Positions 23,201 through 39,000 of a stretch of 64,000 nt of DNA are shown here, in pieces. Within the stretch, counting starts at the first letter, position 1. Every line of letters starts with the position of its first letter. Source of the DNA: Balanoglossus misakiensis (taxonomy: Eukaryota > Animalia > Hemichordata); NCBI GenBank assembly GCA_040954595.2, contig CM082595.2:4139943-4203942 (forward strand). The letters are read 5' to 3'. The notes under the pieces were generated by a model that searched no databases, was not told the origin of the DNA, and was given only the letters and a program-made list of their open reading frames with translations. The position numbers were made by a program, and so were the translations under genes.

Positions 23201-26200
23201 CCTTGCAAACTTGTCCTCTTATTGAATGTGCGCCTTCAACGGCTGAGCGAAGTGCTGCTTGCGCGTCGGTTGAGGGCGCGTCAGCGTGCAACGTGTAAAG
23301 AGCACAGTAGCGGACCGTGGCCTGCGTGATATTCTACATTTAGCCTAGGAACGTCAAATAAGCAACGACGCGCAGACTTCGTATGAAAAAATCATCATAA
23401 GACGTGCTTTTTCACCTTTATGCCTTCAATTTCGAATCTGGAGTAGAGGTCGACCAGACACTGGGCTCTGTCTTGAAAGTTATACCAGGAATCATCACTC
23501 CACCAGTTCGCCAGATTACCCTCTTTGTCATAATTCGCCCCTGGTTCAACATAATAAAAATACTTTGTTTAGTGTGCAGATGTCGTTTTTCAGTTTCTGG
23601 CTATGTAAGCCAAAACTGTTGTGAGTATTACTAAGTTGATCCACATTGCATTACACGTTCCAATCACAACCAACACTACATCCTTTGCATTTGTTTGGTA
23701 GGAATCTGCCCCATACAATATTATAGGTTACTGTACAGAGTTAAATCAAATCAAATAAAGCTTCATACATGCACATGTATGGTATTTGAAGGATTTGTTT
23801 CAGATTACCACACTGTAAACCAAGACCCCAAAGTAACCAGTCTGCTCATTGTGGGTTGATTGAGTATTACCAGTAATTTGACGTCCCTCCTTAACTGTGC
23901 ATCATTTCCTTGAAATCATATGTATTATACTTGTACTTAGCTGCTGGTGTAAGTATCAGATATGAAACACCTACCATAATCATCAAAGCCATGGATCAGT
24001 TCGTGTCCAATAACGGCACCGATTCCACCGTAATTGATCGACCTGAAAACGAGTACATGTATTGATTTCCTCATTATTGATATATATCAGTTTGAAATTT
24101 CGTATTTAATGTTAATGAGGTTTGCTCGTTATGACGGGGTCTCCTACTGGCAAAGGAACTGGATTTCTTTTCAATTCAGCGATGAGGGCGCTATCCTCAG
24201 GTTTCTTAGTCGGGCAAGGTACGTAACGTACTTGGTTATCGAAGATTCTTCATGTGAAGGCCTATAGTACTTTAGCATATTGTTATATCGAATGATGAAG
24301 ATTAATTATCGTCACACCAACTGATTGTAACGAAGGTGAATTGACCGATTTTGTTCGCTGTAGAACGGCACATAGGACGTCATAGACTTGCAGTAGGGAA
24401 TGTGAGCTTAGGAAATGTCTTAGAATTGAAGTACTTGAATGTCGAAATCGTGAAAACAGGTTTAAACAAACAGAATGGAAAACTTGCAGATGTAGTCTAA
24501 CAGGAAATATTTATGGATTGACAATTTATTTTCCCACAAGAATTATCAACATAGCTAAACTATCAGTGCGCGTCGAATGCAAGGACACGCAGTAAGCGTA
24601 TCACTGGTAGGGTTTATGGCTATAATGAAAGTTATCTTCAATTCTCAGTGTGTTATAGAATCATAGGCCAGACTATCATAAGCTCGTTATATTTTGTCAT
24701 CTGTATTTATTAGCTCTGATAGAAGTCTTTACGAGCTTTGCTGACATCCAGCGGGCTCTCCGTAATGGTTTTTACGAGATGGCGCTGCAGCAGGCATAGA
24801 TGGCATTCTCGCACTTTGCAGGTTGACCCGAGGTCAAACGATCTCAGCGGGGTGCCATTATATGAACGCATGTCGTTGTCCGTGTTGTGGCCCCGAAGCA
24901 TGGTTTTAATTAAGCCTGAACAAAGGATGGTGATACGGATGTGTTAATAACAGTCAGTACTTACCTCGGAAACAATGGGTCAAAGAATGGAAATTGCAGT
25001 AAACCAGCAGGAAACACTGGAGGAAAGACATGATGACGATTAGTAGCGCCACCAGAGATAAGCGGAAATTCTCCTTTCGTTTCTTTTGCGTGCTATACAG
25101 AAACATTACTGGAGTACTAGTAGTGAGACAATATACAAGACAAGTAATAATTCCGAGTGATTGAAACTTACCCATGGCATTCATATGGACTGTATAATAC
25201 GCATTTATTTCCGGGGGCGTCATACCCCATCTGTTAAAAATGATAAAGAACATTAAGACACGTAAAATGGTCGAAAAACGTAAAAAGAAACCAACAAGGT
25301 ACTGATAAAAGTGTACAATGTTTATTTCTCTCTGAAACTCACTTAGACTGCTTTTTACGTCACCAATCTTGTCCTTTCAATGCAGTAGGCAAAACTCAAA
25401 ATGAATGAGCGAATGTTAGGAGTAGAATACCAGATTGATCATCAGTGGCTGAATTACCTGTACTTCACGACCGGTTCGTAGAGTTTCTTCTTCGCATTTT
25501 CATATTGAAATTTGCCGTTGCTGAGTATATTCTGAAAGAAGTCACCTTCCCTGATGTCCAACTGAAAAGGCACAAGATTGTGTGTGAATGAGATTCGGTG
25601 GTCTCGGACATGGTGGGTTTAAATGGTGACTCGTAAACAAAGAAATCTACAATCAGAATTACGCAGATTGACTTACAAGTTCGTATTCCTTGTCCAACAG
25701 AGTCTCGTTGAGTATGTAGTCAGGGTAACCGATCATATCGACTATTGCATCTACCTAAAAGAGAAATAGATTGTTAAGGGTGAGCACAAACGTCAGTTAA
25801 AGAGTGGGTGTCGTCCCGTGTGCGACTGCGCGTATCGTTACCATGTGACACGGTTGCTAGCAAAGTCAAAGAAGGCGCAAAGTGTAACTGCTATAGTATA
25901 CATGTATTTGTACATCATTGCAAACGATGTCATGGTTCCTAGTTTGTATTACACTGGCGAAGAATGTGTCGTTACTAGCTATTATTTCCAATATACTTTG
26001 ATGTATCATGTGTTGGTTGGCAGGACTTTGGAGTTGCAAAGAAGTTTGGTTTACCTTTTGTCTTGCGCCATCCTTGGTGCTTTCGTCCATCCAGTCTAAC
26101 TTATTCAACTGATTCCTGAATGAAAGTTTCACTTCATGGATCAAATCTTCCACCTGTAATAATAAAATATACCGAATATTATTATATATCAGTCCTACCC

Positions 26201-27051
26201 AATTTGTATACATTATACATACCACATATAGCATCGGATGTCATGTGATTAGAGTGACACCATTCTGCTATGAAAGGTCATCGCGTATTGTTACATTCCA
26301 GCATTACCTGTCTCTTACTGTCAGCCGGAAATTTCCTCTTCACAAAAAGGGCGCCAAACGCCATCCCCAAATAGTCGTCCGCTAACCGGACACACTCCCT
26401 CCAGGCTTCGGTGGTGGAGCTGGTTCCATATATGATGTGCTTGACCTTCTCAAAGACGTTGCGAAAGCTGATTGACATGAAGTTGACATAGTTCTGGGCC
26501 ATGTGCCACACCATGTAGTTGTTCAAAACTCTACAGTGTTGAACATACAAGAAAATCATTCGGTGAGAATGTTGACGTGAAACACTGTTTGTGTTTATGC
26601 AAATAGTGAACATTTTTTTCACACATACGACGCACTTATCGGTTACTTCAAGTTATTAGTCACGGAATTCACACATTCCAGTTTAGAGAAAGTGGAATGC
26701 TGAGTGAATTGGACTAATTGTTTAATATGATGAAGTCGTTTTATAACTGATTCTGATGAGAGGATTGGTTTGATTGCACCTATACGAGGACGCACATACC
26801 TGGGCGGGGTTGACCGAATAACCTTGGAAAGATTCCTCATGTACTCAGGGGCTCTGACGATGATTTCTGTTGATGACGTCATATTGGGGAATATTTGGGT
26901 GAAGAACGCGAGCCAATCAATCTGAAAACGACCATGCAGGATGACAATAAAAACACTTGAAACTTTTAGCTTAAATATGTAGTTTCATAACAGGGCATAG
27001 TCCCCAGTGTATTTAGCAATCCATCAATCAGTCAGTCAGTCAGTCAGTCAG

Positions 27052-27096
<45 letters not shown>

Positions 27097-30000
27097 TGTA
27101 CTCACCGCGGGTGACATTTCCATTAGCTGTGATATATTCACTTTATTATACAAGCTGTAGACATTGATACGGTCTTCCTCCGGGATAGTGATCTAGAATG
27201 AAAAAGCAACATTTTGCTGAACTTTTAAATTGACGAAATGGCAATTTTGTCAGCCTTATCACATTTAAGTGAAAGTTGGCCAATCAGTTGAGTTGTGCAG
27301 CATGCGCGTAAGAATACAAAGCTGTGTGATTCCATGGTTACCTTTTGTATAGTATACGCCAGACGGCTGATCTGCGCCTGGCTCGCAAGGTTGTCTGTGC
27401 TTCAGACGTGCTGCCTGTCGCCACCGGAAGATGGCGCAGGAGATTGGTGATATAGCCCTAGGTGCCCATTTATATTGACAACTGACTGTGGTACATCGAT
27501 GACAATTTTTATCGTGGGAGCACGGTAACATTCGGATTTCTTCGCGTAATTGTAATCGCTCATTTAAAAGGCCGACAATCGTCTTATGCGCGCGTGCTAA
27601 GCATTCAAAAGAAATTGGGGTGGAGAAGGGGGGGGGGGTAACATTTCAGATGGCGAGGGTTTGTGGGCTTCGAAAAGTGTGCGACGAATTTATATGTCGG
27701 GAGCGGTGGTTGAACTCGTTAGTATTTGTTGAATCGCGCCCTAGTTAGAACATATGCGGTCAATCGCATATACTGTGCGAGATAGCAAAACATATTGAGG
27801 TGGTTACCCTTACTAAATGCGAAGTCAAGACCAAATGACTTGTAAACATCTAAAGACTAACGTCTTTCTCATCATCACAAGATAACGCGAAGCGGCCATC
27901 AAGGCACTTAGAAACAAGTATCACAGAAATAAATACACTTTGGACTACTTTTATATAGATACGCCATACTCGGGACTTTAAGGTATTTCTCGCCACGAGG
28001 AAAAAACACGACATTTTAGTTCGTATATATATTAAAAGCCGACGAATGTCTTATGCGCATGTGCGTTATTTCGTGAGTAGAAAACATCACGTCCAATCCA
28101 AATGTTCTGTAAAGTTTGCGCTCGACGCCTTCGCTTCTTTCTAGACTTGAGCTTTTAGAATTTATGTATACATGTAATTTTATACTGAGTTTATCTCATG
28201 CTATTGCACCCACCATGGAAATGATGTCGCTTGCGTATCATTACATTCGTGTAAGAAAAGTATGAATTCTTAAATATGTTTGAGTATAACTTTGAGTACA
28301 TACAACCAACAATTTTGCCATTATAAAGCTTCCGAGGCATCGTTACAGAACTAATTTTGATAAAGTTGACCTTTGTAAATTTCGCAATAATCACGACAGT
28401 CAATTTTGTTCTGGCAACATCGTGTAACAAAAGAATGGACAACGAATTTGAGAATGAGTGAAAATTTGAATTTGCCCAAGGGGGTAGTTAGAATCGGAAC
28501 TGACACGGTGTTTTTCTTATTGTTATTATAATGTATAATTGAGAGACAATGGGAATACAATTCAACTGTATGTCATACCATATTAAATCAACTGAAAAAT
28601 ATATGTTACCCAGAAACATGGAGACCTCTGAAAAAAAGGTCTGTAGGTTCAATGGTCTCTATATGATATGTATAATACACAGTACAAGAAGGAAACTTCT
28701 GTATGCATATACTAGCACGATTGTTAGAAGTTTCTATGCTTACTTCAGCCAATGTTTTTTGGAAATTAAAGGCGTCTTGGACGAATTGGTCTCTCCTCTG
28801 CGGGGTTGCTCCGAGGAGGTCCGCTGTTGTTTTCATGGCTTGACGGTACGCAGTGATGGCCTGAAACCAAATATATCGAATGTTATCCTCGCGCTAGTGA
28901 AATTTATCAAATTGGTATTTTATACACCATTTTCATATAATGATGACCGGCTCCAAATTAAATTCTCTGACAACATGTAATGAAAAAGGATTTCCTTTCG
29001 AAATCTTTATTTACGATCTCGAAAATATTTTTTATAAATAATGGTGGCTGTAAATAGTGACCTTTTGTTTAAGATTTTCTTTTTTTATGTTTGTTTTTCG
29101 TGACTTTGTTCTACTTACTAAATAATGCCAAAATTCCAAGTATTGAGCTGCTCAAGAAACAATGTGGGCTTGTACAGTGTCTTATGATTATTATTTGACT
29201 AAAATTCAGATGTTTTTGTAAAATATATGTTAACTGGGGTGACAAGCTTGATTGGCATATCAAGATGATGTAGGGAGAAGAAAAAGAAACTGTGACACAC
29301 ATGACAAAATACTGCAATTATTATCCAATTTACAGTTACTGGGCCTTTAAATATTTTAATTTGAGTGAACTGAATAGAAGCTGGAAAGCGGCCATTACAG
29401 ACATTTTCCAGATCATCGCGCCCCCGCTTAGTGCTGACTGAATTACGGCGCATAAACGCGCCACTATCAGTCCAAAAATTATACGATGCAAGATAGGGAA
29501 CGTAAAGTTTACATGTGAAAAATGAGATTAGCAATCCTGACGATGTTTGTTTTATTTCTCGGTATGCTTAATGGTGTGTAGTAAAGCGAGTATAATTCGG
29601 CAGTAAAATGTTTATTCGCTCCTTGGCATTTGGCTGAGATACTAGACCAAATGATAGGAGCTTGTTGCGAATGTTTGCATCGGACACTTTAACGTTCAGG
29701 TCAGCTTAGGTCGACTGTGCCATCGAACCATTAAATCGGCACGTAGATGTGATTATCCGTATGTCAGCTGCAGTGATTGCCTGTGTTGGTGAAAACATCC
29801 TATACGCAGAACAGGACCACTTGATGTGTTTGTATTGCAAATTGTAGGTCGCTGCCTTGCTCATTGTAGGTTTATCGGCGAGTGCCTGTGTGAATTTGTA
29901 CTAAAAACAAGCCGAATAGATCCACGTGTCTGAAAACTATGGCATATAGACCTGACGTGAATCATTTACCTTATTTGTTGCGTTTTCATATATGAAACTT

Positions 30001-33000
30001 TTCTCCAACCAACCTAAACCGCCCTGATCCACCTAAAATAAAAAATAATCACCAGAATATTAGAAACACCGATTTGTGAACAGTAAGCATCGATCGTCAT
30101 TATTGAAAATTGTATTTGAGACAAGATGTTTTTGTTAACGATAAAAATGATATATCTAATGGCTAATATTTGTTGACGTGGGCATTTCTATAGATACAAA
30201 CAATAAACCTTTTGTTTGTGCGCGGACTTGTTAGATGGAAACAACGAGTCAGGCACGTGTCCCTTTAAAACAAAAATACTGAAAAATTCTGAAAATATGG
30301 TCAAGGTTGTAGACCTTTCAGTTCTGTTCAGCGAAAATACTGAAGGTCACCTTCATGTGTTCATTATAGATATAACAGTGAATAACCGGGACATTTTATA
30401 TCAAGATGAATAAAACTATATTTTTTTGCATTTAGGTACGCAGGAGAAGTATCTCGCGCGACCTTCTCTTTTTTGTGTGGTTTTTGTTCACGGGCACTTT
30501 GCTTGTGAATTGCAATTAGACAATAGTTTTGGCGGACCGTGCCAAGAAAATTCTCGAGTTATCTCGTATCAGTCACGCTCAGCGCAGATCACACACATGA
30601 GAAACGTTTTAATTTTCCTGCCCGCGAGGATAGCGCAAGTAGCTCGTAAAGATATTGCCTAGCTACTGCACGGCGCTCTGCGAAATGCATGACTCTAACC
30701 GAGCGGAACACGCAAGTAGCCGCGAAGCGATATAACTGGGTCGTCTCACGTCTCGCTGCCCATCCGATAACTTAGGAAACACACGTCAGACAAGAAACGC
30801 ACCATCAGACATGGAAACGGTCGTTGTTTCACTTCCCTCACATACAAAATATAGATTTCAAGGGTGATTTCGACAAAAATTAACAAATAATGCGTACCCC
30901 ATCGTACAAACTCATTAATTAAACAAACACTAGAACTAACTGATATTTTCTAAAATGAACGGGAGCATCGTAAGTATATGTTCATTAATGTTGCTAACTA
31001 AAAATATGACATGATTTTCAGTATACATCTGCTCTTGCTTTGGTAACTTAGCCAGGATATGCCCCGCATTGACTGGAATGATGCACGGCGCATCAGATGA
31101 AACTATTGAATTGCGATCTCGCTGATATCGCTCGTCGAACAACACCAATACACTTTGAGATAATGGTTCTTCGTCTTGTTTTTTTCACAACTGCCAATCG
31201 GATGCGATAACAAACAGTGAGATGTTTGCTAGACCCGACACGTATATCAACACGCGTGTATCGTACATGTAACTCTCAAAAGAGATCTCATAGTTAAACC
31301 ATACAGCGTAAATATGCATAAAGGTATTAACAATTACCACGGAACAACATGCATTAATGCGGTGATTACTGCTTGAGACATTGATGCCTGTAAACACCAT
31401 GGTGTATCAACAAGTTAGAATTGGATGCCTGCGTTCAAGCCGCCTCTCGTTAACTTTGGGGACACAGCATCGCTTTTTGATTGCGGCATTCGCATGGGAA
31501 ACGGCCAAGGTTTGACCGCTTTGTCAAAGGTGTGTTCTCTCAGCGAATGCAAATACTCGAATATCGACGACGATCGCGGACGGAGATTGCATAACCCGAG
31601 GGTAGCCAGTTTTCATTAAATTCAACCGTCTCGTTTTCTTTGCTACCCAGTTCGTTGGCACCGAGGATACGTTGAACCTTCTGAGTAGACGGACTCAAAG
31701 TCTGTTTAGACGGTTTTGAAGCCTTAGGTATTCCCACTTTAATCGTGCATTCGCGTTCGCCAACATGCGGACTTTGTTCACGTCTATAATCGTAGCCGGT
31801 TTCGAGTTCTAAATCCTCAGGTTTTTGTTTCACATTTATGTCAATGGTACTAATGAAGATTATTTTATTCGTCCGCTACTGTACTTTTACAAAATGTGTT
31901 GGGACACAGTTGCGACGACAAATAATATATTTTAGGAGGTACCTCAATATGTAAGTAATTAAACCTCGTTGATGTTCTGGACATAATGCGCACGCGCGCT
32001 ATTGCCAAAATGGCACAGAAAGATATGCAAAACGATCGTGTTCGTTTTCACCCACAATTTCCATCTAGTCTTGAAAGTTTTTGCCTTTACAAAAGCGAAG
32101 TACTGGCTTTGAAAATTTAGCAGCCATTTTCAAAACCGCAATCTCTACTGATTAACTGTGAACGCGAGTCGCGACAAGGCGGTTACTAAGTACATGTACT
32201 ATGACATTGGAGACGCGCCAACATTGTCATGCATTAAAGGGACATGCCCATACCGTCCACGTGGGAATCAGAATCACCCTGTACGGGCTTAGAGCATAAC
32301 GAGGCAGCAATACAGATTAAATTTGACAATGTGAAGTGTAATTATATCTGTCAATTAGGTACCTTAAAGTACGGGTGGCCACAAAGCCGAACAGGAGATG
32401 GATACTGTATACACCACACAGCAATTTATTAAACAGATTTCAACAAAAATGCTGATGAAATTTTCAGTCCAAGTAAGGGATCAATTAACCTAAATATTTG
32501 CGCCGTTATCAATCTGTAATCCAAGTTCAGTGTTGCCTTTTGCTTATATAAGTGCTGGGAATATTAGTTCACCATTCCATGCAGTCAGATGGTAAATTTT
32601 AAACAGTTATATGATTAACACGAAGAAAAACATTGTAAACATAAAACATAAAGGACATCGTAACCTCGGGGTATCCTTTAATTGTGTAAATACCACAAAC
32701 CATATGCATTTATCACTTGATACAAATGCTAGTTGAACGTGCATTTTCACCCATTAACGCGCACTGTTGCTGATAGCGCTTTCGGGAAAACACCCTTGAT
32801 AACGCATGAAGCGATGTCAGAAACGCGTTAGTGGAAAATAATGATGGAACCTTAGAGCCGAAATCAATTCGTTGATTTGAAATTCCGATAATAGTTACCG
32901 CATCTGATGAATTCTTTGACAACATGGTTTGTTTTGGTTTAGCTTGTTCACTGTACTTTGGGATATTTGTGTCAGATTATTTGTCTGTGCTCTGATGTAT

Positions 33001-36000
33001 GGGGCAGGAGTCGCTTACTCTTTTAGAAACACCTGACTTGGCGTCTTAGCCTTTTTTGACATAAGTCCACACAACTGTTGTCTATTCTGTGTTGCTGGTT
33101 GTATATGCGTGTTCTGTGCACGCTGTTTACAAATGAGCGATATTTGAGTAGAATATTGTGAAATACAGATGACCATGTGTACGAATTGATTGTAGATATT
33201 GCATGATTTGCTTGTTGACTGGTACTCGCAAATTTGTCAAAGGACGTTTGTTCCCGGTCAATTACACTCACAGCATCATTGTGGGGAGACGGGTGACTAG
33301 CACACAGCATGGAAGGATCGAGCCGCATATAGCTGCGAGGCAAAATTGCAGATAAGCGTTCTGCTATTAGAGCACAGCGTTTGAATCAGGGGACCGCCGT
33401 GCAATTACTCTCCGTATCAGCGTGTCGAATCTCAGAAGTACATCTGAATTGATCTACCCAAGGATCAGGCTGGCGACGGGCTTTGTTACTTGTGCGGATT
33501 CATCTCTGCGACAGTATATTTCTAGCCAGCATTACAAGTGGGGTTAACAACTGCAAGAAATGTCTGAAAGATAGATTTGCCCTCTCCATGTAACCTCGTG
33601 CGGACCTCAATGTCATTACTGATAGATGTTACTGGCTATGAAATGGTTTCAGGAGCAACAGATGTTTCAATAGCGTTTCCTACATGTAGGCAATCGTTGA
33701 AACGTATGTGTGCCATCGATAGATCGTTCAGTTCGTGGGCCACTATATAATGTTAATATCTCTTACCTACATGGGCACCCGAAGAGCTATACCCTCGTAC
33801 CTACCCCCTTGGTCATGGTCAAAGTTCACAGTTAACGCTGGTCGAACTAAAAAGAAGTAATTAGTCGCTTCCAGATTGATCTCAAGGAAACTCTGGGCAT
33901 AAATCGCATGCTACTTGAGATGTTCCCCCGGGGGAATTATGGACTATGACACGAGCACCTCCATTCACCTTTAGGAAATAATCCCCTTATTAACTCGGAC
34001 GAAAAAGTAAATATCATGTATGTGGAATTTGTGAGCGATCGGTCTCAGTAGATGTAACATGTCACCGCGCTGGAAGAGTCTGTACAAGGAGCCTTGGTCC
34101 TTGGAGATGGAAGCGTAATGACAGAGTCGGTTTTAAGAATCCCGGACCTTGGAGATATCAGTGTAGTCACCATGATTGAAATAAATATTGTGGCGTTATT
34201 TTGTCTGACTTTTGCTATTAGATGTTTCCTCCATTAGTCAGTATAACTTTAATGTTTATCTGCGAACGCATATACATATAAGCGAAACTTAAAGTGTAAA
34301 ATACCCATGTATAAAATTACCCAGATATGACTAGGCCTCGGGTCCATCACAAAATTTAAGTCACCGTTCATGCAAAGTACTGTGCGTGACGTTTTACGTA
34401 TTTTATTTCAAGAACGTGACAGGCTCATGCAGAAATAACCGACCGAAGGAATAATCTTCTTTGATTTTATACCGTCGTCTACATCAGCTTTTCAATGTTT
34501 TCTTTTCAGATTTTTTTCTTTCGAAAATAGGCACTACCTTTACTGTGTGCCACAATAAGTACATCATCGCAGCTTTTGCACCGTCACGAACAACTTTGCC
34601 GCGCTCATTGTTCAACAACGGAGATGAATTCGCTTTATCAATCGCTTCAACATAGTTTATGCGTTTATTTGTTAGTTTTATGTGTACAATTACACACTTC
34701 CAGGTAGCCTACTCATCCTTAGATACATGTACGCTGCCTTGGACTGCATTCTTGCGTATCATGATTGCCTGAATGCGTTCTGCATCAGCGACAAACACTT
34801 GATGGCCCAATGCACCACGTTGTTTATGTTGTTAGCGAAATATCTACGCCAAGTCCCTATAATCAGAGTGTGTCGTTATAAAATAGCCTTCAAGAGTAAA
34901 TATACACGTCCACTGTGATTGTACATGCTTAGTTCCATCTACATACATACATACATACATACATACATACATACATACATACATACATACATACATACAT
35001 ACATACACTAGGTAACACGTGCAATTTACCGTTGAGGTTAACAGAAACATAGCTTGGCAATCCATCAATGAATTCAGTACACGTTTGACTGAAAAAAACC
35101 TCGCATAGACTCGCGTCCACACGAGAAATGATCGGAGCATTAGTTAAGTGTCTCTCATCCAAGTGCACGAGATGACAAAGGACACCCGGTACTCACTGTA
35201 TACAATTTCCTATTAATAACGACAATCAGGGGGGCATTAAATATACTGTAAACCACAATTACTCAAGATCGCCAAATGGCTAATTCCGATCATTGGATGG
35301 AACATCTGCTTTTATGTACAAGTAGAGATTAAAAGAACGAGATACTACTTAGCCCCGTCCTTATAAAAAGAGCAATAGATGACTACGGTGAGTCATCTGA
35401 CCTGGAGTCGTTGATTCGCCAGAAAATGTAGCGAGGATTTCTCCTTGATGACAATTATGGAGACGTAGTCTGCTTTAGAGATGATATTTGCATTGCTGAG
35501 TCAGATAAACAGTGGTGTCTCCCTTTTCACGATTCCAAGTCGTTTTCAGGAATCCCTAATTTGTCATCTCTACTTAATTAAGAATTGATGTTATATGTAA
35601 TAGCCCAACAAATTAATATTATTTCTGTGTTCAGGCCAAGTCGATACTGTATAGTAAGGCAACCTCATCAGTTTTGTTGTTGCTACGTGGAAACATAGCT
35701 GAAGATGTTTCTGTCATGGAGAACCACACATGCACGTAAAATTGATTTGTGTACCAGTTAGAGTAATGTCGCTGCCAAAATGTTGTGATCATTTCCTTTA
35801 TTGTGCCCACAAGGCTTGACCAGGAAGGTATCTCGGGAAATAGTCTTGTAAAGCCAATACTGGCTTGCATTGGCATTAATGAAGCAAGGTTCTAACCCTA
35901 AGTTAGGGTAACCGGTAAGAAAACAGGATGTAGTGTACGGAGAAGGGAAATGAAAACAAATATTTGGGAATGAGAAAAAGCACCTGCTGAAGGGAAAAAT

Positions 36001-39000
36001 GAAATTCGTTTGATGTGACTTTGAATTTACATTTGAAAGAAAAATGAAACCAGTGTAAGTTAGGTATGTGCCAAAGGCAACATCCGGTCTGTTGCGTCAT
36101 TGACTTGCGCGAAGCAGTTGATAAGGCTTGACATAAAGAGCAATTGTAGAAATGATCTTCATTTGTAAAAGACTTAGACATTCGCAGTGGAATTGTGAAG
36201 TACTGTGTTAATGCCACCAGCTTAAATTGCACATCTTCCGTAATATCACAGTCACATCCTTCGTGAGATAATAACTGATTACATCATACATGTTTAAAAC
36301 CAATTAACATGATAATTGCAATTAGCGATCAATTAACACGATCATTGCAAATTACTTTGTAGTTTCCTAGACAAGAAAATTCCATGCACTTTGCATTGGG
36401 AATGCAAGCTAATTTGCTAGCAACTGTGTCATATCATATGTTGGACCCACAGCCAGTACACGTATACATTAACCCCTAGTCATTTCTGCAAGAGTAATTC
36501 TAAATAAGAGTGGTTTGTGTTGCTTTAGCTATCATTTGCCTGGTACCTAGATTTGCGATACAATAATACCACGATGCGCATTATGTTATTGATTATTTGC
36601 TTTCTTAATTGCTGCAGCCACGTTTCCCGTTTCATTGGCTCAAATGGCTTTTTAAGTGCGTTGTTATGTTTATCCAAATTAGGGCATAATACTGATGTGT
36701 CAAAGACCCAATCAGCTTCCGTTTCGGTGCTAGTAGTTTCTTCTTTTCCAAACAGAAGATGTGTTGACGACACTGTGCCTGATATATGCTGAGTGAGGGA
36801 ACTCGACGGTGTGTGTATTTGCATGCCTTGTTGACTCTATTTAAATGGGTGACTTCAGTTGGTGTATCCATCGTGCAACTGTTTCCAAATTTGCATTTAG
36901 GACAATTAAAAGCCAGCAAGGTGTGCCTATGCCAACATTCGATAGTGGCATATGTTTTAGCGGGTTGTGTCCGAGCATCCCCGAGTCTGTCATAGCTCTG
37001 TGATTCCCAGAAAGAGTCCCTAGGGATTTGACTAAACAGGGCTATAATTTCGAGAGAGAGAAAAAAAAAGATCGGCGTTTGATTTGCCGAGAACGGATTG
37101 ACTGAGGAAGAAGCCCCGACGATACAGAGTGAAGTCGACCGCGTAATCATATCCGTCGTTTTGTGATGGCTTTAGCAGATAGCCCGGAGAAATCCTGGCA
37201 AGATTTCCGAGAGACAGGTCCCCGGAGAGTTGCACCCTTGCGCGAGGACGAATTGCCAATTTCCAATCCCAGAAGTGTAAACACCAAACACATCGCCGGT
37301 GCTTGTAACGCTGTCTCGCACAAGAAAACGAGTATTCTCCCTGCCCAGCAAACAAAGGTAAACCGAGGAAACACGTCGCCAGTCGGACTTGTTTTTTCTC
37401 GCACCTTGTACATATTACACCTCAGCATCTGCATAATTTACATTTTAACGCGATTTGCATAACCAGAAAAGAACATTTAAGCGTTATAACAGCAAATTGA
37501 TTGCATTGCAGTTAAAATAATTTATGCAAATACCAGAAATATTAAACCTCGCGTATTGATTCTTTTGGCGCAAAAGATCAATCCCCATTCAATTGATTTC
37601 ACGTTTTGCTACATCAATTAGCCACTGAGCTGTTGAAATTTGGCCTCGCAAAGGTGTCGAAGTAAAGAGGTGTGACCAATTAACGGACAGCGTCATTTCC
37701 GGTTTAGTAGCGGGCTTTCTGTAGCCTTTTAGGAACAACGGTAATCATTGCAAGGCCGCAGAACTTCACGTTTTGTCCCTACGACTGAGTCAATATAACG
37801 CCCCTGGATCTTGCTATGAATGAATCAGCAATAAGAACAATGTGGTCACGTGATGATTGTGGTAGCAAGATGTATGTTATGCGTTGTAGTTCTTTCTAGC
37901 ACACTTAAAGGGATGGTGCAAACATGTATTGTAACGAATTGATTTGTTCACTGTGACAGAACATGGATGCAAATATAGTTTGAAAAGTCTACTCCGCTAA
38001 AACGAGCATGCGGTAATATCTGTGTGCAGTGGTGTATTATGGAAGTTTTTACTAAAATTTACAGTAAAAGTACAGTTTTATCAAAACACGGATCAATATG
38101 TGATGTATGAAAAAAAACCCTGATAAAATGTGAAAAGTTGGCAATGTACAATGTCCGGTTATTTTAGAGAAGGTTGGATGATGTCACCGTGTTGCCCTCC
38201 CTAAAATATGTGCGCAACCTCATAAAGTTTTACGTACTTTGTGGGCGAGTGGAGCTTTCAAGAACCTAACTCGAAGCACGCGCCACAATTATTTGATAGT
38301 TCCTTTTAACAAGTTAAGAGCGTCCCTCTGCTTGCGATTCGACGCCGTGATCGCGCCCGTCAAAAAATATAAAATACTACTTCCTTCAATTCAATGCCGA
38401 GGTCATGGGCCAAGTTGAAAGCGTGCGTGAATCCCACAATTCAAGTGTGGATCCGCTTGAAACGCGACCATGCAGTGAATGATCTTTAAATCCACTTTCA
38501 ATTTAAAGCATTGTCGTGTGCTTCCCAGCGAAACACATTCCTCTTGCCATGACCCTCACATTCAGAGCTATGTATATGATTGTAAAAATATGAATTGTTA
38601 GTTTTCCACTGTCTTACAACTGTGGCTAAAATAAGCAAACGGAAATTAGAGCGGGTTGTATCTTTTCTAACTCAAGCCAGGAGGATACAGGGTTTCGATG
38701 CAGCGTGTTAGATGTAGGCCAACTTGAAGAAACCCTGCATATGGTAACCCCAGCGTGCGTTCGACGTCATCAGACGCCCACCACATTTCGTCGACACATG
38801 ATCCACTATATCACTCGGTTGCCGCGTAAAACAATCTGAACTGTTTTACACACACTGCCTATGATTTACTGAGCGTGCCGCATATTTCAATATATATCAA
38901 TGGGAAGCGTCGAGTGGAGTACATATGTACACTCGGCTGGCACTTGATGGAATACTTTGCAGTTGCAAAGACGTCGTGAAAAGAAGCATACTAGCATTAG

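Noticed and set aside
27563-28064. ~33-bp imperfect direct repeat (aaaaggccgac..gtcttatgcgc) 470 bp apart
   Set aside because: Too short and degenerate to assign as an LTR or TSD.
36525-37150. ORFs with a CPKC motif suggesting a decayed transposase
   Set aside because: No catalytic or further family motifs and no element ends found.
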